NCBI GenBank assembly: GCA_050287605.1
Contig: JBNKCG010000026.1
Coordinates: 76,123-140,122 of the forward strand
Direction: 5' to 3'
DNA length: 64,000 bases
Origin: Gammaproteobacteria bacterium
GTDB taxonomy: Bacteria; Pseudomonadota; Gammaproteobacteria; QQUJ01
Shown piece after piece: positions 20,133-27,600 of the stretch; positions within the stretch are counted from its first letter, which is position 1, and each line of letters starts with the position of its first letter. Under the pieces are notes generated by a model. That model searched no databases. It saw nothing but the letters and a program-made list of their open reading frames with translations, and had not been told where the DNA came from. The translations under genes were made by a program, and so were the position numbers.

Positions 20133-20795
20133 ATGGATACCAGCACACCCGTCTCTGTCGACAAGGATCGCAGCGCGTTGCTGCTGATCGACGTCCAACC
20201 CGATTTCATGCCAGGCGGCCGCCTGCCCGTGGCCGACGGCGACCTGATCGTAGAACCCATCCGCGCCCTGATGATCGCCGGGCGCTTCCGCCACACCGTG
20301 GCCACGCAGGATTGGCATCCACCCGGGCACGTCTCCTTCGCCAGCAGCCACCCCAGCTGCCAACCCATGGAAACCATCGAACTCTACGACCATGAGCAGA
20401 CGTTATGGCCGGATCATTGCGTGCAGGGCAGCGCCGGTGCGCAGCTGCACCCCGCGCTGGCGCTGGAATGCGTAGACGCCATCATTCGCAAGGGCACCGA
20501 CCCGGCGTGCGACTCCTATAGCGGGTTTCGCAACAACTGGGACCGCAACGGCGAACGGCCCGCCACCGGATTGGCGGGCTATCTCAAGGAACTCGGCGTG
20601 CGCGATCTCTACCTGTGCGGACTGGCGCGCGACGTGTGCGTGAAATGGAGCGCCGAAGATGCCCAGGCGGCGGGGTTCACCACCTATTTGCTGTGGGACC
20701 TGACGCGCTCGGTAAACCCCGGCGGTGATGAGCCGCTACGCGACGTACTCACCCGGCGTGGGGTGCGGGTAATCGACTCGGGCCAACTGGGCTAA
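20133..20795 (+). CDS. pncA: Nicotinamidase/pyrazinamidase
   Basis: DVQPDF, QDWHPPGHVSF, WPDHCVQG, RKG..DSYSGF, GLARDVCV. Confidence 0.92.
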   Translation: MDTSTPVSVDKDRSALLLIDVQPDFMPGGRLPVADGDLIVEPIRALMIAGRFRHTVATQDWHPPGHVSFASSHPSCQPMETIELYDHEQTLWPDHCVQGSAGAQLHPALALECVDAIIRKGTDPACDSYSGFRNNWDRNGERPATGLAGYLKELGVRDLYLCGLARDVCVKWSAEDAQAAGFTTYLLWDLTRSVNPGGDEPLRDVLTRRGVRVIDSGQLG

Positions 20796-20909
20796 CCCGC
20801 ATATCGTACGGAGGGTCCGGGAGTCAGGGTCAATCTGGCAAAACCGCTTTGCGGCACACCCGCCGAAACTTGCCGCTGCTAAGGCCTGTTCACGCTACCC
20901 GAATAGGCG

Positions 20910-21794
20910 CTAGCTCACCAACCGCCCGGCGTTATAGTCGGCAATGGCCTGTGCGATCTCTTCGCGCGTGTTCATGACGAACGGCCCCCACTGCACCACG
21001 GGCTCGCCGATGGGCTGACCGGCAATCAGCAGCAGCCGCGACTCCGCCCTCCGCGCGACGAAGCGCACGCCGGAGGCATTGGCCGGATTGCTCAGAACGG
21101 CCAGCTCGCCGCGGCTCACGGCGCTGCCCTCCGTTCCCACCTGCACTTCACCCTCGAAAACGTAGACAAAGGCGTTGTGCCCTGCGGGAACGGCGTGTTC
21201 GAACTCGGCGCCGGGGGGTAACCCGATATCGACGTACAGCGGATTGGTCACGATGCCGCACACCGCGCCTTCGACCCCGTGCGAGGTGCCCGCGATCACC
21301 CTGACGTGCACACTGTCATCGCGCTCGTAAACCGGGATGCGGTCGGCAGCCAGATCCTGGTACCGCGGCGCATCCATCTTGTTTGCGGCGGGCAGATTGA
21401 CCCAAAGCTGAAAACCGCGCATCAGCCCCTCCTCCTGCTCCGGCATCTCGGAGTGGATGATGCCGCGCCCCGCGGTCATCCACTGAACGCTGCCGGGGCC
21501 CAGGTAGCCGCGATGGCCGGCGCTGTCCTGATGGCACATGGCACCGGCGAGCATATAGGTCACGGTCTCGAATCCGCGATGCGGGTGGTCGGGGAAACCG
21601 CCGATATAGTCCTGCGGCTGATCCGAACCAAACTCATCCAGCAACAGGAAGGGATCGAGCCGCACGCCGGCGCTGCTGTCGAAGATGCGCACCAGTCGCA
21701 CGCCCGCACCGTCGGAAGTTTCGCGGCCGCGGCGTTTGGATTCGACCTCGCGGGAGATCGTCGGCGGAGTATCGGCAGAGGTTGTCGCGTTCAC
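20910..21794 (-). CDS. Pirin family protein
   Basis: DPFLLLD, GFPDHPHRGFETVTY, QWMTAGRGIIHSEMP, GPFVMNT. Start codon uncertain. Confidence 0.93.
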   Translation of the reverse strand: MNATTSADTPPTISREVESKRRGRETSDGAGVRLVRIFDSSAGVRLDPFLLLDEFGSDQPQDYIGGFPDHPHRGFETVTYMLAGAMCHQDSAGHRGYLGPGSVQWMTAGRGIIHSEMPEQEEGLMRGFQLWVNLPAANKMDAPRYQDLAADRIPVYERDDSVHVRVIAGTSHGVEGAVCGIVTNPLYVDIGLPPGAEFEHAVPAGHNAFVYVFEGEVQVGTEGSAVSRGELAVLSNPANASGVRFVARRAESRLLLIAGQPIGEPVVQWGPFVMNTREEIAQAIADYNAGRLVS

Positions 21795-22142
21795 GGGACA
21801 TGCGCTTTCTTGATCGGCCTGGAATCGTGCCTCCGGCACCGCCCTGGACGGAAACGAAACGCCCTACCTCCCTGGCAGGTCGATGCGCACGCGGCCTGGC
21901 CGGCGCGGCGCCCAGGAATGAGTATAGAAGCTATCTCAGCATCCCTGCCTGCCGACCCGACGCTCCAATCCCTTGCATGCGTCGACGTCGGGCTCGACAC
22001 CGAGCAGGCCCCTGCAGATATTGACGACTTCGATCCCATGCGCCAGTGTTAGAACCAAGCGAAGAGATCGAGGCCCGGTTTCATCACAGTCCGTCGTGAT
22101 GAGAACACTGTGCGGATCAGCAGAGCCCCGGAGGAAAATACT

Positions 22143-22505
22143 GTGACGACAAAGCACGTGTGGTGGACGCTGACAGCGGCCATCGTTGCACTCTACGCCA
22201 GCACCCCGATGGCCGCACCACCGATGCCGGAGGTTGCCCGAAAAGCGGCCTGCACCTTGTGCCACAAGGTGGACAAGAAACTGATCGGCCCCGCATTCGC
22301 TTGGATTTCCGACAAGTACAAAAACGATCGCGCAGCGGGTAAAACCGCCATCATCAACCAGATCATCAACGGCGGCACCGGCAAGTGGACCCGCTACACC
22401 GGCGGCGTTCTCATGCCCTCTTACGGCGAGACCACGACCCCGGCACAGCGGAACGAGCTGGCGGACTTCATTCTCGGTCTCGATCCGGTCACTCCACCGG
22501 AGTAA
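22143..22505 (+). CDS. Monoheme class I cytochrome c (c551/c552-like)
   Basis: GTG start after GGAGGA; signal peptide; CTLCH, IGPAF, distal Met (LMPSY). Confidence 0.9.
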   Translation: MTTKHVWWTLTAAIVALYASTPMAAPPMPEVARKAACTLCHKVDKKLIGPAFAWISDKYKNDRAAGKTAIINQIINGGTGKWTRYTGGVLMPSYGETTTPAQRNELADFILGLDPVTPPE

Positions 22506-22600
22506 CGACCCATCACCCATGGGTGGGCAGCCCGCGCAAGAAAACGGGGCCAGCCGTGATCAAATTCGTGCCCCTTGAACCAACGCATCGACACAAGCGG

Positions 22601-22615
22601 TGGCGCAGAAATTGC
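22601..22615 (+). promoter_or_regulatory. Sigma-54 (-24/-12) promoter upstream of the octaheme cytochrome gene
   Basis: TGGCGC-AGAAA-TTGC matches TGGCAC-N5-TTGC with exact GG/GC spacing. Confidence 0.7.
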
Positions 22616-22786
22616 CATTTATCAGAATTACAGGTAATAATGCGCGCACAAAAACCAAGGGTGGCATAACAGGCGGAAACGGGGAGAGACAACGAAAGTC
22701 TCTCTGCTTTGTTCCGTTTCGGTTCATCTCCCTAGCGCTAGCTCCATGGAGCCAGCGTCGCGCGGAGATGACGGGAGTGCCGCCTG

Positions 22787-24445
22787 ATGTCCCCGATTTT
22801 CGCCCGCAACGCCTGGCGCCGGTTGGTCTTGTTGACCGGGCTTGCCTTAGTCGCCCCGCCCTCTTACGCCGCCGTTTCCGGCACGCCGGAACACGGGCCG
22901 CCGGCACACTCCTCGACCGCCAAACCCAGGAGCAACTCCACCGCCGACCATTCCCGGTTCGAGGAGTTGCAAGGCCCGTTCGCCAGCGGTCCCGAGGTCA
23001 CCAAAGCGTGTCTCTCCTGCCATACCGAGGCCGGCAAGCAGGTGATGAAGGATATCCACTGGACCTGGGAGTACACCCACCCCAAAACCGGCCAGAAGCT
23101 CGGTAAAAAACACTTGGTCAACACCTTCTGCACCAACGCGCGCGGCAACGAGGGCATGTGCGCGCAATGCCACGCGGGATACGGCTGGAAGGACGAAAGC
23201 TACGACTTCAGCCAGCAGGAGAATATCGACTGCGTGGTCTGCCACGATCGCACCGGCAGCTATTACAAAACGCCTACCACCAAGGGCAACGAGGCCTGCG
23301 CGGTAATGTTCGAAGGCCTGAAACCTATCGATCTGGCGCAGGTTGCCCAGCATGTGGGCGTCCCCGACCGTCAGGACTGCGGCGCCTGCCACTTCTTCGG
23401 CGGCGGCGGTGACGGCGTCAAACACGGCGATCTCGACTCGTCGCTGATCCACCCCGGCAAGCAACTCGACGTGCACATGAGCGAATCCGGCGCCGACTTT
23501 TTATGCACCGAGTGCCATCGCACCGTCTCCCACGAGATCGCCGGCAGTCGCTACGACATGCTGGCCCGTGACGAAACAGGCACCGGCAAGCCCGGCGAGC
23601 GCCGCCACGCTGCCAGCTGCGAATCTTGCCACGGCAACGTGCCACACCCGGGCGACGAGCTGACCGGCATCAAGCTCAACGATCACGTGGCGAAGGTGGC
23701 CTGCGAAACCTGCCACATCCCGACGTTCGCGCGCGGCGGGGTCGCCACCAAGGTCGATTGGGACTGGCGCACCGCAGGCCGTACGCGCGACGGAGCCGGC
23801 TTCTCGGAAGAGGGCTACGTGCAAGGCAACGGCGAGCATCGCCACACCTATCGATCCATCAAGGGCAGCTTCAAGTGGGATGAAAACGTGGTGCCGTACT
23901 ACGCCTGGTTCGACGGCGTGATGCACTACACCACCATCGACACCCGCTTCGATCCAGCCCAGGCGCCCATCGAGGTCAATCGCGTCAGCGGTTCGGCGGA
24001 CGACGCCAACGCACGCATCTGGCCCTTCAAGCGCATGCATACCATCCAGCCCTACGACAAGGGCAACAACACCCTGGTCTACATGCACTTGTGGGGCGAC
24101 GACAGCGACGCCTACTGGGGAAACTACGACTTCAACCGCGCCATCCAGCACGCCATGGCCGAGTTCAATCTGCCCTACAGCGGCGAGTACGGATTCATCG
24201 ACACCTACTCCTACTGGCCCATCAACCACATGGTGGCGCCCAAAGAGGACGCGTTGGGTTGCTCGGCGTGTCACGCCGCCGACAGCCGTCTGGCCGGTAT
24301 CAGCGGGATCTACCTGCCTGGACGCGACAGTCACAATCTACTCGACAAACTGGGCCTGCTAATGGTGTCCGGATCGCTGTTCGGCGTTTTCGGACACGCC
24401 TTTTTCCGATTCTGTTGTCGCAATAACAAAGGGGGGGATGCGTAA
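22787..24445 (+). CDS. otr: Octaheme c-type cytochrome, tetrathionate reductase (Otr) family
   Basis: Eight CxxCH motifs (CLSCH, CAQCH, CVVCH, CGACH, CTECH, CESCH, CETCH, CSACH); GKKHLVNTFC segment; HGDLDSSL; signal peptide; C-terminal TM helix. Confidence 0.9.
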   Translation: MSPIFARNAWRRLVLLTGLALVAPPSYAAVSGTPEHGPPAHSSTAKPRSNSTADHSRFEELQGPFASGPEVTKACLSCHTEAGKQVMKDIHWTWEYTHPKTGQKLGKKHLVNTFCTNARGNEGMCAQCHAGYGWKDESYDFSQQENIDCVVCHDRTGSYYKTPTTKGNEACAVMFEGLKPIDLAQVAQHVGVPDRQDCGACHFFGGGGDGVKHGDLDSSLIHPGKQLDVHMSESGADFLCTECHRTVSHEIAGSRYDMLARDETGTGKPGERRHAASCESCHGNVPHPGDELTGIKLNDHVAKVACETCHIPTFARGGVATKVDWDWRTAGRTRDGAGFSEEGYVQGNGEHRHTYRSIKGSFKWDENVVPYYAWFDGVMHYTTIDTRFDPAQAPIEVNRVSGSADDANARIWPFKRMHTIQPYDKGNNTLVYMHLWGDDSDAYWGNYDFNRAIQHAMAEFNLPYSGEYGFIDTYSYWPINHMVAPKEDALGCSACHAADSRLAGISGIYLPGRDSHNLLDKLGLLMVSGSLFGVFGHAFFRFCCRNNKGGDA

Positions 24446-25095
24446 TGGCGATCCGTACCGTGATGGTTTACAAGCGTTTCGAGCGCATCTGGCACTGGTG
24501 CCAGATGGCGCTGATCATGACACTGCTGTTCAGCGGTTTCGCGGTGCGCGGCATCCACTCGCTGCTGGACTTCCGCACCGCGGTGGTCGTCCACACAGTA
24601 GCCGCGATCACCCTGATCGTCATCTGGCTGTTCGCCACCTTCTGGCTGTTCACCACCGGCGACTGGCGCCACTATCTGCCCAAGAGAGAGGGATTGATCG
24701 CCGTGGCGCGTCACTACGCATGGGGAATCTTCCGCGGCGAAGAACACCCCTACCGCAAGCTCTTCTGGCGCAAACACAATCCGTTGCAGTCGTTGACCTA
24801 CATGCTGGTGAAAGTGGTGCTGTTTCCCGCCATCTGGGTCACCGGCATCCCCTACCTACTCTACGGGCTATGGCACGAAACCACCGGCCGCGGCTGGATC
24901 GAGCCCATCGCTTTCGTCCACGTGGGCGCCGCCTACGCCATCCTCGCCTTCGTCATCGTGCACGTCTACCTGCTCACCACCGGGCACTCGTTCGTCGATC
25001 ACGTCAAACCCATGGTGACCGGTTACGACGAAGTGGATCTTACCGAAGCGGAAGAGGCCTACCTGACGGAGACACGCATCGTGCCGATGAAATAG
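24445..25095 (+). CDS. Membrane di-heme cytochrome b (PhsC / Ni-hydrogenase cytochrome b-like)
   Basis: FERIWHW, VVVHTV, KHNPLQSLTY, AFVHV, VIVHVYL: four candidate heme His residues; TAATG overlap with the otr stop. Confidence 0.88.
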   Translation: MAIRTVMVYKRFERIWHWCQMALIMTLLFSGFAVRGIHSLLDFRTAVVVHTVAAITLIVIWLFATFWLFTTGDWRHYLPKREGLIAVARHYAWGIFRGEEHPYRKLFWRKHNPLQSLTYMLVKVVLFPAIWVTGIPYLLYGLWHETTGRGWIEPIAFVHVGAAYAILAFVIVHVYLLTTGHSFVDHVKPMVTGYDEVDLTEAEEAYLTETRIVPMK

Positions 25096-25257
25096 CGACT
25101 CCGGCACGGGCAACCTGGCGGCACACACTGGCGTTTGGCTGCCTTCGACTCGAGCCATGCGGCAGAAATTACTTGTACGCCCATAAAAAGTGTCGATCGC
25201 GAAACCGGTGCGGTTCGATTTAACCTAGTAAACCGACGACTCAGGGGGGGTCCAACC

Positions 25258-26715
25258 ATGGCACGTATCGTCATCCTCGGCGCGGGGATTTCCGGGCACA
25301 CCGTCGCCCGCTACTTGGGCAAGTGGATCGGGAAGCAGCACCAGGTCATTGTGGTCTCGCCCAAACCCACCTGGAACTGGATTCCCTCCAACATCTGGGT
25401 CGGCGTCGGGGAGATGACCGAGCAGCAGGTCACCTTCGCGCTCGAACCCGTCTACAAGAAGATCAACGTCGCCTTCCACCAGGCCAAGGCGGTCTCCATT
25501 CATCCCGACGGCGACGCCGAACACGCCAAACCCTACGTCACGGTCGAGTACACCGGCCAGGGCAAGGAGGGTCAGACCGCCGCCGTGGAATACGACTACC
25601 TGGTCAACGCCACCGGTCCCAAACTCAATTTCGGCGCCACGCCGGGGCTGGGACCGGAGAACGGCTATTCGATGTCGGTGTGCACACCCGCGCACGCGCT
25701 GGAGGCCAACGCCCAGTTGCAGAAGAACATCGAGGCCATGAAGGCCGGCGAGCAGCGCACCTTCGTCGTCGGAACCGGCCACGGGATGTGCACCTGCCAG
25801 GGCGCGGCCTTCGAGTACATCTACAACATCGACCACGCCATCCGCGCCGCGGGGGTACGCGACCGCGCGCGCCTCATCTGGATCAGCAACGAATACGAGC
25901 TGGGCGACTTCGGCATGGGCGGCGTCCACATCACCCGCGGCGGCTACATCACCAACGGCAAGGTATTCGCCGAATCGCTGATGGTGGAGCGCGGCGTGGA
26001 ATGGATCACCCGCGCCCATGTCAGCAAGGTCGAGCCGGGCAAGATCCACTACGAACAGCTCGACGGCACCCAGCACGAACTGGAGTTCGATTTCTCCATG
26101 CTCATCCCGCCCTTTTCGGGGGTCGGCATCAAGGCCTTCGACAACGCCGGGGGCGACATCACCGATCAGCTGTTCGCGCCCAACGGGTTCATGAAGGTCG
26201 ACGCCGACTACAACCCCAAGCCCTACGAGCAGTGGAGCAAAGCGGACTGGCCCAAGACCTACCAGACGCCCAAGTACAAAAACATCTTTGCCGTCGGAAT
26301 CGCCTTCGCGCCGCCGCATCCCATCAGCAAGGTGATGAAGAGCCCCGGCGGAACGCAGATCAGCCCCACCCCCCCGCGCACCGGCATGCCCTCGGCCACC
26401 ATCGGCAAGGCGGTGGCAAGCAGCATCCGCGACATGCTGGAAGGCAAGGCCGAACCGACCCACACCGCCTCCATGGCCGAGATGGGCGCCGCCTGCGTGG
26501 CCTCTACCGGCATGGACTTCTTCAAAGGTACCGCCGCGACCATGACGGTGTTCCCGGTGGTCCCCGACTACGAGACCTACCCCGAGTACGGCCGCGACAT
26601 GAACCTCACCTTTGGCGAGATCGGGCTGGCCGGGCACTGGATGAAGTTCATCCTGCACCACGTCTTCATCTACCAGGCGAAGCTGCGCCCAGGCTGGTCC
26701 GTCCTTCCGGACTGA
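25258..26715 (+). CDS. sqr: Sulfide:quinone oxidoreductase
   Basis: GAGISG FAD motif; SVCTPAHA, CTCQGAAFEY and GAACVAS cysteine positions equivalent to the SQR Cys triad; VGIAFAPP; PRTGMPS. Confidence 0.85.
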   Translation: MARIVILGAGISGHTVARYLGKWIGKQHQVIVVSPKPTWNWIPSNIWVGVGEMTEQQVTFALEPVYKKINVAFHQAKAVSIHPDGDAEHAKPYVTVEYTGQGKEGQTAAVEYDYLVNATGPKLNFGATPGLGPENGYSMSVCTPAHALEANAQLQKNIEAMKAGEQRTFVVGTGHGMCTCQGAAFEYIYNIDHAIRAAGVRDRARLIWISNEYELGDFGMGGVHITRGGYITNGKVFAESLMVERGVEWITRAHVSKVEPGKIHYEQLDGTQHELEFDFSMLIPPFSGVGIKAFDNAGGDITDQLFAPNGFMKVDADYNPKPYEQWSKADWPKTYQTPKYKNIFAVGIAFAPPHPISKVMKSPGGTQISPTPPRTGMPSATIGKAVASSIRDMLEGKAEPTHTASMAEMGAACVASTGMDFFKGTAATMTVFPVVPDYETYPEYGRDMNLTFGEIGLAGHWMKFILHHVFIYQAKLRPGWSVLPD

Positions 26716-26752
26716 TCGATCGCGCACCCGCACCGCATTCGAGGAGGCACCC

Positions 26753-26923
26753 ATGGCAGACGCGACCAACAAAGAACCCTACCAACAGGCCTATTACCCG
26801 CCGGTGCCCACCGGCTTCACACGCCACATGCGCCAATCGGTGGTCTGGCAGTTCATCCGCTTTTGGATCATCAACTACAAAATCTTCAAGCTGTTGACCA
26901 AATCCCACCGGCAAAAGGACTGA
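26753..26923 (+). CDS. 56-aa small protein cotranscribed with sqr (MADATNKEPYQQAYYPPVPTGFTRHMRQSVVWQFIRFWIINYKIFKLLTKSHRQKD)
   Basis: Manual translation; GAGGAGG RBS just upstream; fills the gap between the sqr stop and the terminator; below the ORF-track size cutoff. Confidence 0.8.
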   Translation: MADATNKEPYQQAYYPPVPTGFTRHMRQSVVWQFIRFWIINYKIFKLLTKSHRQKD

Positions 26924-26937
26924 TCCAGGTCGAACGC

Positions 26938-26964
26938 AAACGGGGCCGCAACGGCCCCGTTTTT
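26938..26964 (+). terminator. Rho-independent terminator (probably bidirectional) between the sqr unit and putR
   Basis: AAA-CGGGGCCG-CAA-CGGCCCCG-TTTTT. Confidence 0.88.
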
Positions 26965-27001
26965 GTTGGGTGGTGCAACGCGAGCGTCCCCGCCGCCAGC
27001 C

Positions 27002-27478
27002 TCACACCTGCGCCACACCCCGGTCTCTGACGCTCTCCATGGAAACGTAGGTGGAGGTGGCGGCCACATGGGGCAAGCAGGAGATGCCCTCGCTCAACAC
27101 CCGGCGGTACTCGCGGATATCCTGGGTGCGCACCTTTACCAGATAGTCGAACCCGCCCGCGATCATGTGGCACTCCTCCACTTCGGGGATCTCGCGCACC
27201 GCCTTGTTGAACGCCTTGAGCGCCTGCTCGCGGGTGTCGGACAGGCGCACCTCGATGAAGGCCACGTGCTCCAGACCGAGCCGGCTGGCCGACAGCTCCA
27301 CACGATACCCCGTGATCACTCCCTCCGCTTCCAGACGCCGCACCCGGGCCGCGACGGGTGTCTTGGAGAGACCGACCTTCTGGCCCAGTTCAACCATCGG
27401 AATGCGCGCGTTACGCAGCAGTTCGTTGAGGATGGAACGGTCGATCCGGTCCAGCTTGGGGGGGATGGCAGCACTCAT
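27002..27478 (-). CDS. putR: Lrp/AsnC-family regulator PutR
   Basis: LDRIDRSILNELLRNARI, VGLSKTPVAARVRRLE, ECHMIAGGFDYLVKV; divergent from putA. Confidence 0.85.
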   Translation of the reverse strand: MSAAIPPKLDRIDRSILNELLRNARIPMVELGQKVGLSKTPVAARVRRLEAEGVITGYRVELSASRLGLEHVAFIEVRLSDTREQALKAFNKAVREIPEVEECHMIAGGFDYLVKVRTQDIREYRRVLSEGISCLPHVAATSTYVSMESVRDRGVAQV

Positions 27479-27600
27479 GATTCAATTCCTAGTTCTTCCC
27501 GAAAATTTAGTCTAATTTCCTACTAATCCTTCGTCTACGTCCAAAAAACACGAATCTCTTCGCCTATGATGGTCCATACAACCAGCACAGGGCCGCAGCC

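Noticed and set aside
21918-22052. 44-aa ORF MSIEAISASLPADPTLQ... between pirin and cytochrome c
   Set aside because: Weak RBS, no motif, and it lies in a divergent promoter region; cannot be supported without Ribo-seq or conservation data.
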